Part shown: one piece after another, positions 27,707 through 37,710 of the stretch
How the letters are laid out: each line of letters begins with the position of its first letter
Position numbering within the stretch: the stretch's first letter is position 1
NCBI GenBank assembly: GCA_963664225.1
Contig: OY760937.1
Coordinates: 5,664,001 to 5,728,000, forward strand
Direction: 5' to 3'
Source of the DNA: Verrucomicrobiia bacterium
GTDB lineage: Bacteria > Verrucomicrobiota > Verrucomicrobiia > Limisphaerales > UBA1319
DNA: 64,000 bases
The notes under the pieces: model-generated
Databases searched by the model: none
The model's input: only the letters and a program-made list of their open reading frames with translations
Told to the model about the DNA's origin: nothing
Program-made: the position numbers and the translations under genes

Positions 27707-28453
27707 TCAGAGTGAAAGGGGCGTTTGATTGTTGGTGGCCTTTCCATCAACAATTTCAATCCCGTGTGGGGCGCGAGAGGCCAACTTGGCATCATGGGTG
27801 GCAATGATCAGTGTGGCATTTCTCTCCTCACGAAGCGAGCAGAGCAGAGAAATAATTTCCTCACCGGTATGTGAATCGAGATTGCCAGTCGGTTCATCGG
27901 CCAGAATAACGGCTGGATCGTTGATTAACGCCCGGGCAATGGCAACCCGCTGCTGTTCGCCGCCGGAAAGTTCGGAGGGCCGATGTTCCCATCGGTTCGC
28001 CAGTCCGACGCGATCCAGCAAATCGCGCCCCCGGGATTCGACCTCCCTGGCATTTCGCCGGGCCATTCGGGCCGGCAAACAGACATTCTCCAGAGCATCC
28101 AGTTCGGGCAGGAGATGATAAGCTTGAAAAATAAAGCCCACCTTTGCGTTTCTGAAGCGGCTTAACTCCAATTCGGACATGGAGGCGAGATTCTGACCAT
28201 CGAAGATAATGTCACCCGAATTCGGAGTGTCCAAACCGCCAAGCAAGTGGAGTAAGGTGCTTTTTCCTGCGCCTGAAGCACCTCGAATGGCTAGAAATTC
28301 CCCTTTGTATATGCACAAGTCAATGCCTTGCAAAACAATAACATCGCGATGGCCAATTTGGTAATTCTTGACGACCGATCTGGCGATCACCAGCGGTTCG
28401 AGTGACATGTCAACCGAAGCGGCAGGGTTTTCAGATGCGGTCAAGTTATTCAT
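27707..28453 (-). CDS. lolD: Lipoprotein-releasing ABC ATPase LolD
   Basis: 'GASGAGKSTLL', 'GFIFQAYHLL', 'LSGGEQQR', 'ADEPTGNLD'; overlaps the upstream permease stop. Start at ATG 28453. Confidence 0.85.
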   Translation of the reverse strand: MNNLTASENPAASVDMSLEPLVIARSVVKNYQIGHRDVIVLQGIDLCIYKGEFLAIRGASGAGKSTLLHLLGGLDTPNSGDIIFDGQNLASMSELELSRFRNAKVGFIFQAYHLLPELDALENVCLPARMARRNAREVESRGRDLLDRVGLANRWEHRPSELSGGEQQRVAIARALINDPAVILADEPTGNLDSHTGEEIISLLCSLREERNATLIIATHDAKLASRAPHGIEIVDGKATNNQTPLSL

Positions 28454-29732
28454 GGCGAAGGGCTTCGACAGGATGCATGCGGCTGGCATTCCATGCGGGC
28501 AGCAAGCCCGCCACGATACAAAACAATAGCGATACTCCACAGATGACCGCGATATCCCGGGGCATGATCAGGGCGGGCAGTTCTTGAAAGTTATAGACCG
28601 ACGCAGGAAACAATTCGAAGCCGGTCACCCGGTTCATAACATGGAGGAATTGGTTGCGATAAGTCAAAGCGAGCATTCCAAGACCAAACCCTGCCAATAC
28701 GCCCAACACGCCGACCAGAATGCTCTGGCTCAGGAATAGCCACAAGATTTGTAGCCGCGTGGCTCCCAGAGCTTTTAGCAGGCCAATTTCCCGGGTTTTC
28801 TGGACCACAAAAGTGATTAAAGCGCTGGTGATGCCGAACGCCGCGACAATCATGATGAAAAACAGGATGTAAAACATGACGTTCTTCTCGACGATTAAAG
28901 CGTTTAGGATGCTGGAGTTTTCCTCGTTCCAGGTCTTAATTGTAAAATTCCGCCCCAACAATGGTTCCAACTCGTCGCGGACGGCGTTTGCGCTGTAGGG
29001 GTCTTTGAGCATCACCAAAAGGCCATGCACGGAATCATTGAGATCATATAAATCCTGGGCATTGGCAAGGGAGCACAGGATTACCGAGGAGTTGTATTCG
29101 AAATAGCCGACATCGAAGATGCCGCGCACGACATAATCGTCCGGCAGGAACAAATCCTCGCGATTGTCCTGGTTTTTATTCTTACGATTGCTGTCCCTCA
29201 TTTTTTGGAGATTGCGTGGAGAGTGGATGGCCACAACATCATTAACCTCCAATTTCAGCATTTGCGCCAGTTCGGAACCCACGAGAATACCTTTGCCGGA
29301 AACATCGTAATGGCCCGCAATGATGCTGGTGGGAAGGATGCTCACCGTGGCTTCCGCTATTGGATCGATGCCCCGAATGTAGGGTGCCGCCACCTGAGAA
29401 CTGCCCGAGTCGGGCTGGGTTTCCATCAGAACAGGGCCAACGATAAAGGGAGCAACGCCTTTGACCTGGTTGTTGGTAGCAACCATGGAAGCAATGGGGG
29501 GATAGTTCCGCAGCGTAGAGTGAGCGGAGGTGATACGCAGATGCGCATTAAAGCCGAGAATTTTCTCGCGCAATTGCTTGTCGAATCCGCTCATGACGCT
29601 GATCACGATGATCAAAACGGCAACACCCAGCATGACCCCGATGATCGAAATCAAGGTTATGATGGACACGTAAGTCCGCTTGGGCCGCAGATACCGCAGC
29701 GCCAGCAGCAACTCGAACGGAAGCCGCGACAT
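28446..29732 (-). CDS. Lipoprotein-releasing permease, LolC/LolE family
   Basis: 'ALRYLR', 'IIVISVMSGF', 'KTREIGLLKALGA', 'PAWNASRMHPVEALRHE'; FtsX/MacB topology. Confidence 0.9.
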   Translation of the reverse strand: MSRLPFELLLALRYLRPKRTYVSIITLISIIGVMLGVAVLIIVISVMSGFDKQLREKILGFNAHLRITSAHSTLRNYPPIASMVATNNQVKGVAPFIVGPVLMETQPDSGSSQVAAPYIRGIDPIAEATVSILPTSIIAGHYDVSGKGILVGSELAQMLKLEVNDVVAIHSPRNLQKMRDSNRKNKNQDNREDLFLPDDYVVRGIFDVGYFEYNSSVILCSLANAQDLYDLNDSVHGLLVMLKDPYSANAVRDELEPLLGRNFTIKTWNEENSSILNALIVEKNVMFYILFFIMIVAAFGITSALITFVVQKTREIGLLKALGATRLQILWLFLSQSILVGVLGVLAGFGLGMLALTYRNQFLHVMNRVTGFELFPASVYNFQELPALIMPRDIAVICGVSLLFCIVAGLLPAWNASRMHPVEALRHE

Positions 29733-29869
29733 GCATCAGAGGCTAATCAGTGCCGGGTGGAGAGTCAATGACCCGCACGCCAAAATCCGGGTTCTTAAAA
29801 ATTGCAAATAGAGCATCGATGAGGAACACTTCCAAGGCAGACAGCAAAGTTGCCACTAAATAGATCACC

Positions 29870-31282
29870 ATGAATGATTCACATGAATTATCCCAATTCG
29901 ATCTCGCCGTGATTGGCGCAGGAAGTGGTGGATTTGCCGCGGCAAGAACAGCGTCTGCGTCCGGTTTGAAGGTGGCTGTGGTTGATGGGGGGGCTGAGAT
30001 TGGAGGACTGTGCATTTTAAGGGGCTGCATGCCCTCCAAAGCACTGCTTTACGCGGCTGAAGTGCGGCATTTAAGTCTCAAGGGAGATGTCTGGGGCCTG
30101 AAGCCGGGGAATTTGGGCTTTGATTTCGAGAAAGTCCAGGCGCGAAAAGACGCGATGGTGGAGAATTTTGCCTCGTTCCGCCGGGAACAATTGGCCAAAG
30201 GGTCGTTTACTTTCATTCGCAGCAAGGCCAGGTTTTCCGATCCCCATACGCTGGAGTTAGAGGATGGGGCCACCTTGACCGCCAGGCATATCGTCATCAG
30301 CACAGGATCGAAGATCGGTCTGCCTTTGGTGCCGGGACTTTGTGATATAGGTTATTTGACCAGCGACACCGCGCTTGGACTTCACAAACTGCCCAAATCG
30401 ATGATTGTTTTGGGCGGGGGACCGGTGGCGGTTGAATTGGCGCAGTTTTTCCAGCGTTTCGATGTTCAAGTCACAATGGTTCAGCGCAGTCCGCACATCT
30501 TAAAAGGTTTGGATATCGATGCCGCTGAAGCTGTGGAATCAGCCTTAACAAAAGAGGGCATGGTACTTTATACCGATACGAAAGTGCTGCAGGCCCGATT
30601 GCAGAACGGACGCAAATCGGTCGTTTTCGAACGGGCGGGGGAGCGAATGGAGATGGAGGCGGAGGAAATTCTATACGCAATGGGCCGCATTCCAAACACG
30701 GAGGATTTGGCGCTGGAGCGCGCTGGTGTGGTCACTGAGGATGGACGGATCGTGACCGCCCTTTCCATGCAAACCTCTGTTCCGCACATTTACGCAGCCG
30801 GGGATTGCACCGGTCCTTATGAGATTGTGCACATCGCAATCCAACAGGGCGAAACAGCGGCGCGGAATATTATCGATCATTCGAATGCGCACACCATGGA
30901 TTACCGGTTGCTGTGCGAAGTGGTTTTTAGCGATCCCCAGGCTGCGCAGGTGGGTCTGACTGAGAAAGAAGCCACGCTACGCAGGATTCCTTACCTGGCG
31001 GCCAGTTATCCTTTTAACGATCACGGCAAGTCCCTCATCATGGAAGCACTTGAGGGTTTCGTAAAACTGCTGGCCAATCCGGAAACCGGCGAAATCATCG
31101 GCGGCACTGTTGTGGGACCGTCTGGGGGGGAATTGATTCATGAAATTGTGGCGGCCATGCATAAGCGGATGACCGTGCGAGAGTTGGCCGCAATGCCCCA
31201 TTACCATCCGACGCTTGCGGAGATATGGACTTATCCTGCAGAAGAGCTTGCGGACAAAATTCCCATCAAACACGGTGCCTGA
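29870..31282 (+). CDS. Pyridine nucleotide-disulfide oxidoreductase, dihydrolipoamide dehydrogenase-like
   Basis: 'IGAGSGG', redox disulfide 'GGLCILRGCMPSK', 'GGGPVAVE', 'IYAAGD', 'HPTLAE'; no C-terminal Cys-Cys pair of MerA. Confidence 0.85.
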   Translation: MNDSHELSQFDLAVIGAGSGGFAAARTASASGLKVAVVDGGAEIGGLCILRGCMPSKALLYAAEVRHLSLKGDVWGLKPGNLGFDFEKVQARKDAMVENFASFRREQLAKGSFTFIRSKARFSDPHTLELEDGATLTARHIVISTGSKIGLPLVPGLCDIGYLTSDTALGLHKLPKSMIVLGGGPVAVELAQFFQRFDVQVTMVQRSPHILKGLDIDAAEAVESALTKEGMVLYTDTKVLQARLQNGRKSVVFERAGERMEMEAEEILYAMGRIPNTEDLALERAGVVTEDGRIVTALSMQTSVPHIYAAGDCTGPYEIVHIAIQQGETAARNIIDHSNAHTMDYRLLCEVVFSDPQAAQVGLTEKEATLRRIPYLAASYPFNDHGKSLIMEALEGFVKLLANPETGEIIGGTVVGPSGGELIHEIVAAMHKRMTVRELAAMPHYHPTLAEIWTYPAEELADKIPIKHGA

Positions 31283-31371
31283 TTCACGAAAAAGCCGGGC
31301 GAAATGTCGGCAAAGATATCGCAGCGTTCTTCTTGCCTTGGAGCATTCCGGCGTTAGACTGCGCCGCCGCT

Positions 31372-33408
31372 ATGGTTGATTTACAAACGCTCAATCCGCA
31401 GCAAAGACTCGCTGTGGAGACGATCAAGGGACCGGTGTTGATCCTCGCGGGAGCTGGAACTGGCAAGACCCGCGTGATTACTTACCGGATTGCCCATATG
31501 ATCGACCGTGGCATTTCGCCTGGAAGCATCCTGGCGGTCACCTTCACCAACAAAGCCGCCCGTGAGATGAAAGAGCGGGTTTCGCAATTGGTGCCGCGGG
31601 GTCCAAGGCGCAAGGAGGACGAGGCCCCAAAGGATTGGCTGACTATTTCCACGTTCCATTCACTGGGCGCCCGCATTCTCCGCCAGTATATCGATCGGCT
31701 GGGGTATAAACGCAATTTTGTCATTTATGACGATTCCGACCAGTTGGGCGTGGTCAAAAAAATTGTGAGCCATATTTCCGCCAAAGGCGAAAAAATGGAT
31801 CCCAGGGAGATTCTGGGCGCAGTCAGCAAATTAAAAACAAAAGGGGCGCCAGGCGCGATGGACGATGCCGGAGTCACCGGCATGGGTTACCATGTGCGGC
31901 CCAGATATGAAACGGCTCTGCATGCCTGCAACGCGGTCGATTACGACGATTTGATTTTGCTTCCCCTGAAACTTTTCAAAGAGCATCCCGATGTTCTGGA
32001 GGAGTGCAGGGATCGATTCCGTTATGTCATGGTGGATGAGTATCAGGATACGAATGGCTCCCAATTTGCGTTCGTGAATTATTTGACGAAAAATCATCGC
32101 AACCTGTGCGTCGTGGGTGATGACGATCAGAGCATCTATGGTTGGCGCGGGGCGGAAGTGGCCAATCTGCTCGATCTGGAAAAGCATTATCCCGAAGTGA
32201 AGGTGGTCAAACTGGAGGAAAATTACCGTTCCACCAACACCATTCTCGACGCCGCCAATGCGGTGATCAAGTTGAACAGCCGCCGCCGCGAAAAGAAACT
32301 CTGGTCTCGAAATGGGCAGGGCGAGAAGATTCTCATATACGCATTCAAGGACGAAGAAGAAGAGGCAAAAACGATCGTGGAGGAGATTCAGTGCGATCGA
32401 ATGGCGCGCTCCATTCCCTGGAGCGATCAGGCGATTCTGTTTCGCACCAATATTCAATCGCGCCCATTGGAGACAGCCCTTCGAGAGGCTGGGGTGCGTT
32501 ATAATTTGATCGGCGGGCAAAGCTTCTTTGACCGGCGCGAGGTCAAGGATCTGATTGCCTACTTGAAGGTTTTCATCAATCCCAACGACGATAACAGTCT
32601 GTTGCGCATCGCCAATGTGCCCCCGCGGGGCTTGAGCGATGTGACGATGGAACGGTTGCTTGAAGCCAGTCAGAAGCGTAAATGCTCGGTCTATGCTGTG
32701 ACGCGGCATACGGATGTTCAGGAATCGTTCCAGGCGCGAACACGAGAGGCAATGGCTGATTTCATGCGCCTGATCGATGAGATGCGCGCGCCTTTGGAGG
32801 GCGGCAAGAGCTTTTCGCTTTTGGAATGGATGGAACGGTTTCTCAAGGACACCGGCTACATCGACGATTTACGCAAATCTGAAAAGAATGTGGAAATCGC
32901 GGAAAACAGGGTTCGCAATCTCAAGGATCTATTGATCTCGCTGGAGGAACGAATGGAGGAGGGTTTAACGCCCGTGAGGAGATTGGAGGAATTTCTGGAG
33001 GGCATCACGCTGGATGGAGACCGGTATGACGAGAAGGAAACCACAGGGGATGCAGTGACGTTGATCACCACCCATAGCTGCAAGGGTCTGGAGTTTCCGC
33101 GCGTGCATCTTGTGGGTGTCGAGGATGGGTTGCTGCCGCATTCGCGTTCAGCCGTCGAGGGAACGCTGGAGGAGGAGCGGCGTCTCTTCTATGTCGCGAT
33201 CACGCGGGCCAAGCGGATGTTGACGCTGAGCTTTTGCCAAAGCCGGAAAAAGTATGGGCAGTTGGCGCCCTGTCATCCATCCCGTTTTTTGAATGATTTG
33301 CCGAAGGAATTGGTGGAATGGGCGGATCCCAAATCCAATAAACTGGTCCAACCTCAAGCGGGTAAAAGCCTTTTTGCAGCCATGCGCGCGGCCGCCGGCG
33401 GGGAGTAG
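31372..33408 (+). CDS. SF1A DNA helicase, UvrD/Rep/PcrA family (Rep-like)
   Basis: 'LAGAGTGKT', 'TFTNKAA', 'DEYQDTN', 'VGDDDQSIYGWRGA', 'NYRS', 'KGLEF', 'EERRLFYVAITRA'. Start at ATG 31372. Confidence 0.93.
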   Translation: MVDLQTLNPQQRLAVETIKGPVLILAGAGTGKTRVITYRIAHMIDRGISPGSILAVTFTNKAAREMKERVSQLVPRGPRRKEDEAPKDWLTISTFHSLGARILRQYIDRLGYKRNFVIYDDSDQLGVVKKIVSHISAKGEKMDPREILGAVSKLKTKGAPGAMDDAGVTGMGYHVRPRYETALHACNAVDYDDLILLPLKLFKEHPDVLEECRDRFRYVMVDEYQDTNGSQFAFVNYLTKNHRNLCVVGDDDQSIYGWRGAEVANLLDLEKHYPEVKVVKLEENYRSTNTILDAANAVIKLNSRRREKKLWSRNGQGEKILIYAFKDEEEEAKTIVEEIQCDRMARSIPWSDQAILFRTNIQSRPLETALREAGVRYNLIGGQSFFDRREVKDLIAYLKVFINPNDDNSLLRIANVPPRGLSDVTMERLLEASQKRKCSVYAVTRHTDVQESFQARTREAMADFMRLIDEMRAPLEGGKSFSLLEWMERFLKDTGYIDDLRKSEKNVEIAENRVRNLKDLLISLEERMEEGLTPVRRLEEFLEGITLDGDRYDEKETTGDAVTLITTHSCKGLEFPRVHLVGVEDGLLPHSRSAVEGTLEEERRLFYVAITRAKRMLTLSFCQSRKKYGQLAPCHPSRFLNDLPKELVEWADPKSNKLVQPQAGKSLFAAMRAAAGGE

Positions 33409-33480
33409 TCCGCTGCTGAAAAACCAGCGGCTTTCTCCAGCACGTTATCAAGTCCCTGCCACTTTGGCAGGCAGCGAGTG

Positions 33481-35502
33481 TCAGGCAAATTGCAAACGTG
33501 AAGTCGGCGCCTCCGCATCCCAACCCCGGGGCGGCTTGCTGTTGATGGCGGCCACTTCCTTGATGGAAAGTTGATTACCAATCGCCTTGGCCGTTTTCAC
33601 CGGCACATCGCCCGGTTTGCAGACCTGTTGATTCACTTTCTGATACGGCGCGGCTTTGTAACGAATATAGATCTCTGCCGGGGTGTCCGGTTCGAAGAAA
33701 AGGATTTTCGATTTGGGCGGTATGCAGCAATAATCTTTGTTGAGAATGGTGCCGCCAAAGGTGAAGCGCTTGATATAGGTGGCCTCGCGATTGGTGTAGG
33801 AAAGCGTATGCACGCGATCGCGATCCGGCACGGCACAATGGATCAAGTCCTGGCCTACAAACAGTTTCTCAGGCAGTTCAATCACTTTGTAGTGTCCGTC
33901 CTTGAAGACCAAAAGCAATTTGTCAAATTCGGAGCAACTCAACTCAAATTCATCACCGCCCACTTTGTATCCCACATAACCCTTCTCACGGTCATAGGTG
34001 ACTTTGAATGACTTGAAAGCCGCGTCGCGGGCTTCGACCTCGTCGAATCGGCCGTTCTTGGTCAGACGCGGATACAATGGACCATACTTGGCCAACAAGT
34101 CTTGAAGGCGTCCGATGGCGTATTTCACGAGATTCTTGAGGTTTCGTCCCACTTGGTCGAGCTCGGCTTTGACCTTCTCCATCTCTTCGCGATGCTTGTT
34201 GATGTCGAAGAGAGAAATCCGCCGGATTCGGACACTGAGCAGGGTTTCGACGTCTGGGTCAGTCAAATCGCGGTACATTTCGGAGCGGAACGGAATGAAG
34301 CCCTCATAAACGGACGCAACGACCGCTTCATTGGTTTTGCACTGCTCGATTTTTTTGTAAATCCGGTTTTCAATGAAAATGCGAACCAGTGTTTTGAAAA
34401 AAAGTTCCTCCTGGAGTTGGTGCAACCTGTATTCGAGCTCACGCTTCAAAATGTCCAGGAGCTGGTCGGTATTCTCCCGGAGCACTTCGGAAACGGTCAA
34501 TTCCACCGGACGGTTGTTCTTGATCACGACGATGCGGCTGGAGATGGTGGATTCGCAATCCGTGAACGCATATAGGGCAGTGACGAGTTGCTCGGCGTTC
34601 ACACCCTGGGGCGCCTTGATCTCGATTTCGACCTCTTCTGCCGTAAAATCGTTGATACTGCGCACCTTTAGCTTGCCTTTGCGCGCGGCTTCTTCGATCG
34701 AACTGGTCAGCGAGTCGGTGGTCGTGGTCGGTGGAATTTCCTTGATGACCACAGTCGATTCATCTTTGACCTTGATTTTGGCGCGCACACGGATGCTGCC
34801 TTTGCCGTCCTGATATTCCCTGGCGTCCATCAACCCGCCGGTCGCAAAGTCGGGCAGAATCTTGAACGGCTGCTTTTTCAATATCGCAATTTGCGCTTCA
34901 AGCAACTCCGGGAAATTGTGGGATAGAATCTTGGAGGACAGGCCGACCGCGATGCCTTCCGTGCCCAACATCAGAAGCAGGGGCAGCTTGCATGGCAGAG
35001 TCACCGGCTCTTTGTTGCGACCGTCATAACTTGGAACGAATTCCGTCAGGTCATCGTTGAACACCTCGGTGCGCGCGAGTTCTGTCAGGCGGCACTCGAT
35101 GTAACGGGAGGCTGCCGCGGAATCGCCGGTAAAGATGTTTCCAAAGTTACCCTGGCCTTCGATCAGATATCGTTTGTTGGTTAGGACCACCAGGGCGTCA
35201 CCGATCGAGGCGTCGCCATGCGGGTGGTACTGCATGCAATGGCCGACCACATTGGCCACCTTGATGAATTTGCCGTCGTCCTTTTGATGCAGCGACCACA
35301 GGATGCGGCGCTGCACGGGCTTGAGACCGTCGGCCAGATTGGGAATGGCCCGGTCACGAATAACGTACGAGGCATATTCCAAAAAGCCGCGATCCATTCG
35401 TTTATGGAGCAATCCTTCGGCCTTGGTCGCAATGACCGCCGTATGGTGCGGATGATCCGAGGGAGATTCTGCGATGACTTGGTGCTCGTTGGTGTCAGTC
35501 AT
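33481..35502 (-). CDS. parC: DNA topoisomerase IV subunit A
   Basis: 'DGLKPVQRR', 'YHPHGD', catalytic 'AASRYIE'; short CTD without a GyrA box (673 aa). Confidence 0.88.
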   Translation of the reverse strand: MTDTNEHQVIAESPSDHPHHTAVIATKAEGLLHKRMDRGFLEYASYVIRDRAIPNLADGLKPVQRRILWSLHQKDDGKFIKVANVVGHCMQYHPHGDASIGDALVVLTNKRYLIEGQGNFGNIFTGDSAAASRYIECRLTELARTEVFNDDLTEFVPSYDGRNKEPVTLPCKLPLLLMLGTEGIAVGLSSKILSHNFPELLEAQIAILKKQPFKILPDFATGGLMDAREYQDGKGSIRVRAKIKVKDESTVVIKEIPPTTTTDSLTSSIEEAARKGKLKVRSINDFTAEEVEIEIKAPQGVNAEQLVTALYAFTDCESTISSRIVVIKNNRPVELTVSEVLRENTDQLLDILKRELEYRLHQLQEELFFKTLVRIFIENRIYKKIEQCKTNEAVVASVYEGFIPFRSEMYRDLTDPDVETLLSVRIRRISLFDINKHREEMEKVKAELDQVGRNLKNLVKYAIGRLQDLLAKYGPLYPRLTKNGRFDEVEARDAAFKSFKVTYDREKGYVGYKVGGDEFELSCSEFDKLLLVFKDGHYKVIELPEKLFVGQDLIHCAVPDRDRVHTLSYTNREATYIKRFTFGGTILNKDYCCIPPKSKILFFEPDTPAEIYIRYKAAPYQKVNQQVCKPGDVPVKTAKAIGNQLSIKEVAAINSKPPRGWDAEAPTSRLQFA

Positions 35503-35531
35503 GGTTGCTAAAAAATGGAGCTAAAATGGGA

Positions 35532-37364
35532 TTAATCTTCCACAGGCACCACGAGGTTGCTCATGATGTAATCCTTGCGTTCCGGGGTGTTGCGTCCCAT
35601 GTAAAACGAAAGGATTGTGGACGTGTCCTGGACCGGTGCGTACTCCACCTGGCTGAGCCGCATCTCCGGACCGATGAATTGCTTGAATTCCTTGGGTGAG
35701 ATTTCGCCCAATCCTTTGAACCGGGTTATTTCGGGGCTTTTGCCCAGTTTTTTCACTGCGGCATCCCGTTCCGCCTCGGAATAACAGTACGTGGTTTCCT
35801 GTTTGTTGCGAACGCGGAACAAGGGAGTTTCCAATATATGCAGGTGGCCGTCACGGACGAGTTGGTCAAAAAAACGGAAGAAATAGGTGATCATCAAGTT
35901 GCGAATATGCAGGCCGTCCACATCCGCATCGGTGGCCAGAATCACTTTTTCGTAACGCAGACCCTCCAGATTGTCTTCAATGTCCAGGCTGCGCATCAAG
36001 TTATAGAGCTCGTCATTCTTATAGACAACGTCCCTTTTCAGATCCCAAACATTCAGAGGTTTGCCTTTTAATACGAAGATCGCCTGCGTGTTGACATCGC
36101 GGCAACTGACAATGGAACCGGCAGCGGACTGACCCTCTGTAATAAAGACCATCGACCCCTTGCCTTTGGCTTTGGCCTTGTCCAGGTGCGTTTTGCAATC
36201 CTTGAGCTGCGGAATGCGGATGGTGATGGCTTTGGCACGATCGCGCGCCAGTTTTTTGACCTCCTGCAATTCTTTGCGAAGCTGTTCGGTGTCCCGCACC
36301 TTGGCGATTACTTTTTCAGCGATGTCCTTATTGCGATTAAAAAACTGCAGGAGTTCCTCCCGAACCTTGTTCACTATGTCCGTGCGGATTTCCGTATTCC
36401 CGAGTTTGTTTTTCGTCTGGGATTCAAAAATGGGATCTTTCAGTCGAATGGAAATCGCTCCCACCATGCATTCGCGCACATCGTCACTGTCAAATTTTGC
36501 ATTCGCAAATTCATTGATGGCCTTGACCAGACCTTCCTTGAAGGCGCTGAGATGCGTGCCGCCGTCCGAAGTGAACTGGCCGTTCACGAAAGAGTAAAAA
36601 GTCTCGTTGTAACGGCTATTGCTGTGTGTAAAACAGAATTCCAGAACCTTGTTGGTATAGTGGAGCGGGGGATAGATTGGCTCGCTGCCGTCGGCATCCA
36701 GATCCTCCATCACCAAATCCATCAGCCCCAGCTTGGATTGGAATTCCTTGCCGTTATAGACCAGTTTGAGGCCCGCGTTGAGATAGGAATAATGTCTGAG
36801 CCGCCGTTCGACATGCGCCTCGAGATACTTGGAGTCCTTGAAAATTTCCGGGTCGGGTTCAAACCGGATAAAGGTGCCGTTGGGTTCGCCCGGACATTTG
36901 CCGCTTTTTTCGCTCTTGAGTTTGCCCTGGCGGAAGGTCGCTTCGGAAAATTCCCCATCGCGATGACTGCGGACGTAGAATTCCTTGGAGAGCGCATTGA
37001 CCGCCTTGGTGCCCACGCCGTTGAGTCCGACGCTGAATTGAAACACATCGTCGTTGTATTTGGCCCCGGTGTTAATCTTGGAGACGCAGTCGATAACCTT
37101 GCCCAATGGGATACCCCGGCCCTGATCGCGAACGGAGATCGTGTTTCCTTCGATGGTGATCTGGATTTCGCGTCCGCTGCCCATGATAAATTCGTCGATC
37201 GCGTTGTCGATGACCTCCTTTAGCAGAACATAACAACCGTCATCGTGATCCGATCCATTCCCGATGCGGCCAATATACATGCCCGTCCGCATCCGGATAT
37301 GCTCCAGAGAGGATAGCGTCTTGATCTTGCTCTCGTCGTAAACGTGTTTCTTTGAGTCGGCCAT
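35532..37364 (-). CDS. parE: DNA topoisomerase IV subunit B
   Basis: 'EHIRMRTGMYIG', 'EVIDNAIDE', 'GRGIP', 'GLNGVG', TOPRIM 'TEGQSA', 'LKGKPLN', 'DADVDG', 'RFKGLGE'. Start at ATG 37364. Confidence 0.9.
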   Translation of the reverse strand: MADSKKHVYDESKIKTLSSLEHIRMRTGMYIGRIGNGSDHDDGCYVLLKEVIDNAIDEFIMGSGREIQITIEGNTISVRDQGRGIPLGKVIDCVSKINTGAKYNDDVFQFSVGLNGVGTKAVNALSKEFYVRSHRDGEFSEATFRQGKLKSEKSGKCPGEPNGTFIRFEPDPEIFKDSKYLEAHVERRLRHYSYLNAGLKLVYNGKEFQSKLGLMDLVMEDLDADGSEPIYPPLHYTNKVLEFCFTHSNSRYNETFYSFVNGQFTSDGGTHLSAFKEGLVKAINEFANAKFDSDDVRECMVGAISIRLKDPIFESQTKNKLGNTEIRTDIVNKVREELLQFFNRNKDIAEKVIAKVRDTEQLRKELQEVKKLARDRAKAITIRIPQLKDCKTHLDKAKAKGKGSMVFITEGQSAAGSIVSCRDVNTQAIFVLKGKPLNVWDLKRDVVYKNDELYNLMRSLDIEDNLEGLRYEKVILATDADVDGLHIRNLMITYFFRFFDQLVRDGHLHILETPLFRVRNKQETTYCYSEAERDAAVKKLGKSPEITRFKGLGEISPKEFKQFIGPEMRLSQVEYAPVQDTSTILSFYMGRNTPERKDYIMSNLVVPVED

Positions 37365-37616
37365 ATTCAATCCACAACCAATTAAGGGGACGAATATTGT
37401 GAGGAAAAATCCGGTTGCCAATAAGGAAATTAAGGAGCGTTACGAGTGAGCACCGCAACCTATTGTTGATGAACAACATAGGTAATGTTTATAGACGGCT
37501 CCACTCGTGGGTTACCCACTGCCAATGGTTTATAACATGTGAACAACTTTGGATGGTTTTCCGTTCGTTTACCCTTAGAATGCATTCATAATCTCTTACT
37601 CCAGTTTCTCACAAAC

Positions 37617-37664
37617 ACACGATTAGTGGTGTACGTGTGAATAACTTTCCCCTATATGTTGTGG
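37617..37664. promoter_or_regulatory. Tandem NrdR-box-like sites flanking a DnaA box upstream of smc
   Basis: acacgattagtggtgt (37617-37632) and cccctatatgttgtgg (37649-37664) resemble ACACWATATATWGTGT and lie 32 bp apart; tgtgaataa (37636-37644) matches TTWTNCACA on the minus strand. Confidence 0.55.
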
Positions 37665-37710
37665 TTTTTGCCTTTACGGGATAACGACATGGGCGCTTAA
37701 TCAGGGGGTC

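Noticed and set aside
29870..31282. Mercuric reductase MerA
   Set aside because: It lacks the C-terminal Cys-Cys pair and N-terminal HMA domain, and no mer genes are nearby.
33481..37364. DNA gyrase gyrA/gyrB
   Set aside because: The A subunit is short with no GyrA box; both subunits fit topoisomerase IV better.
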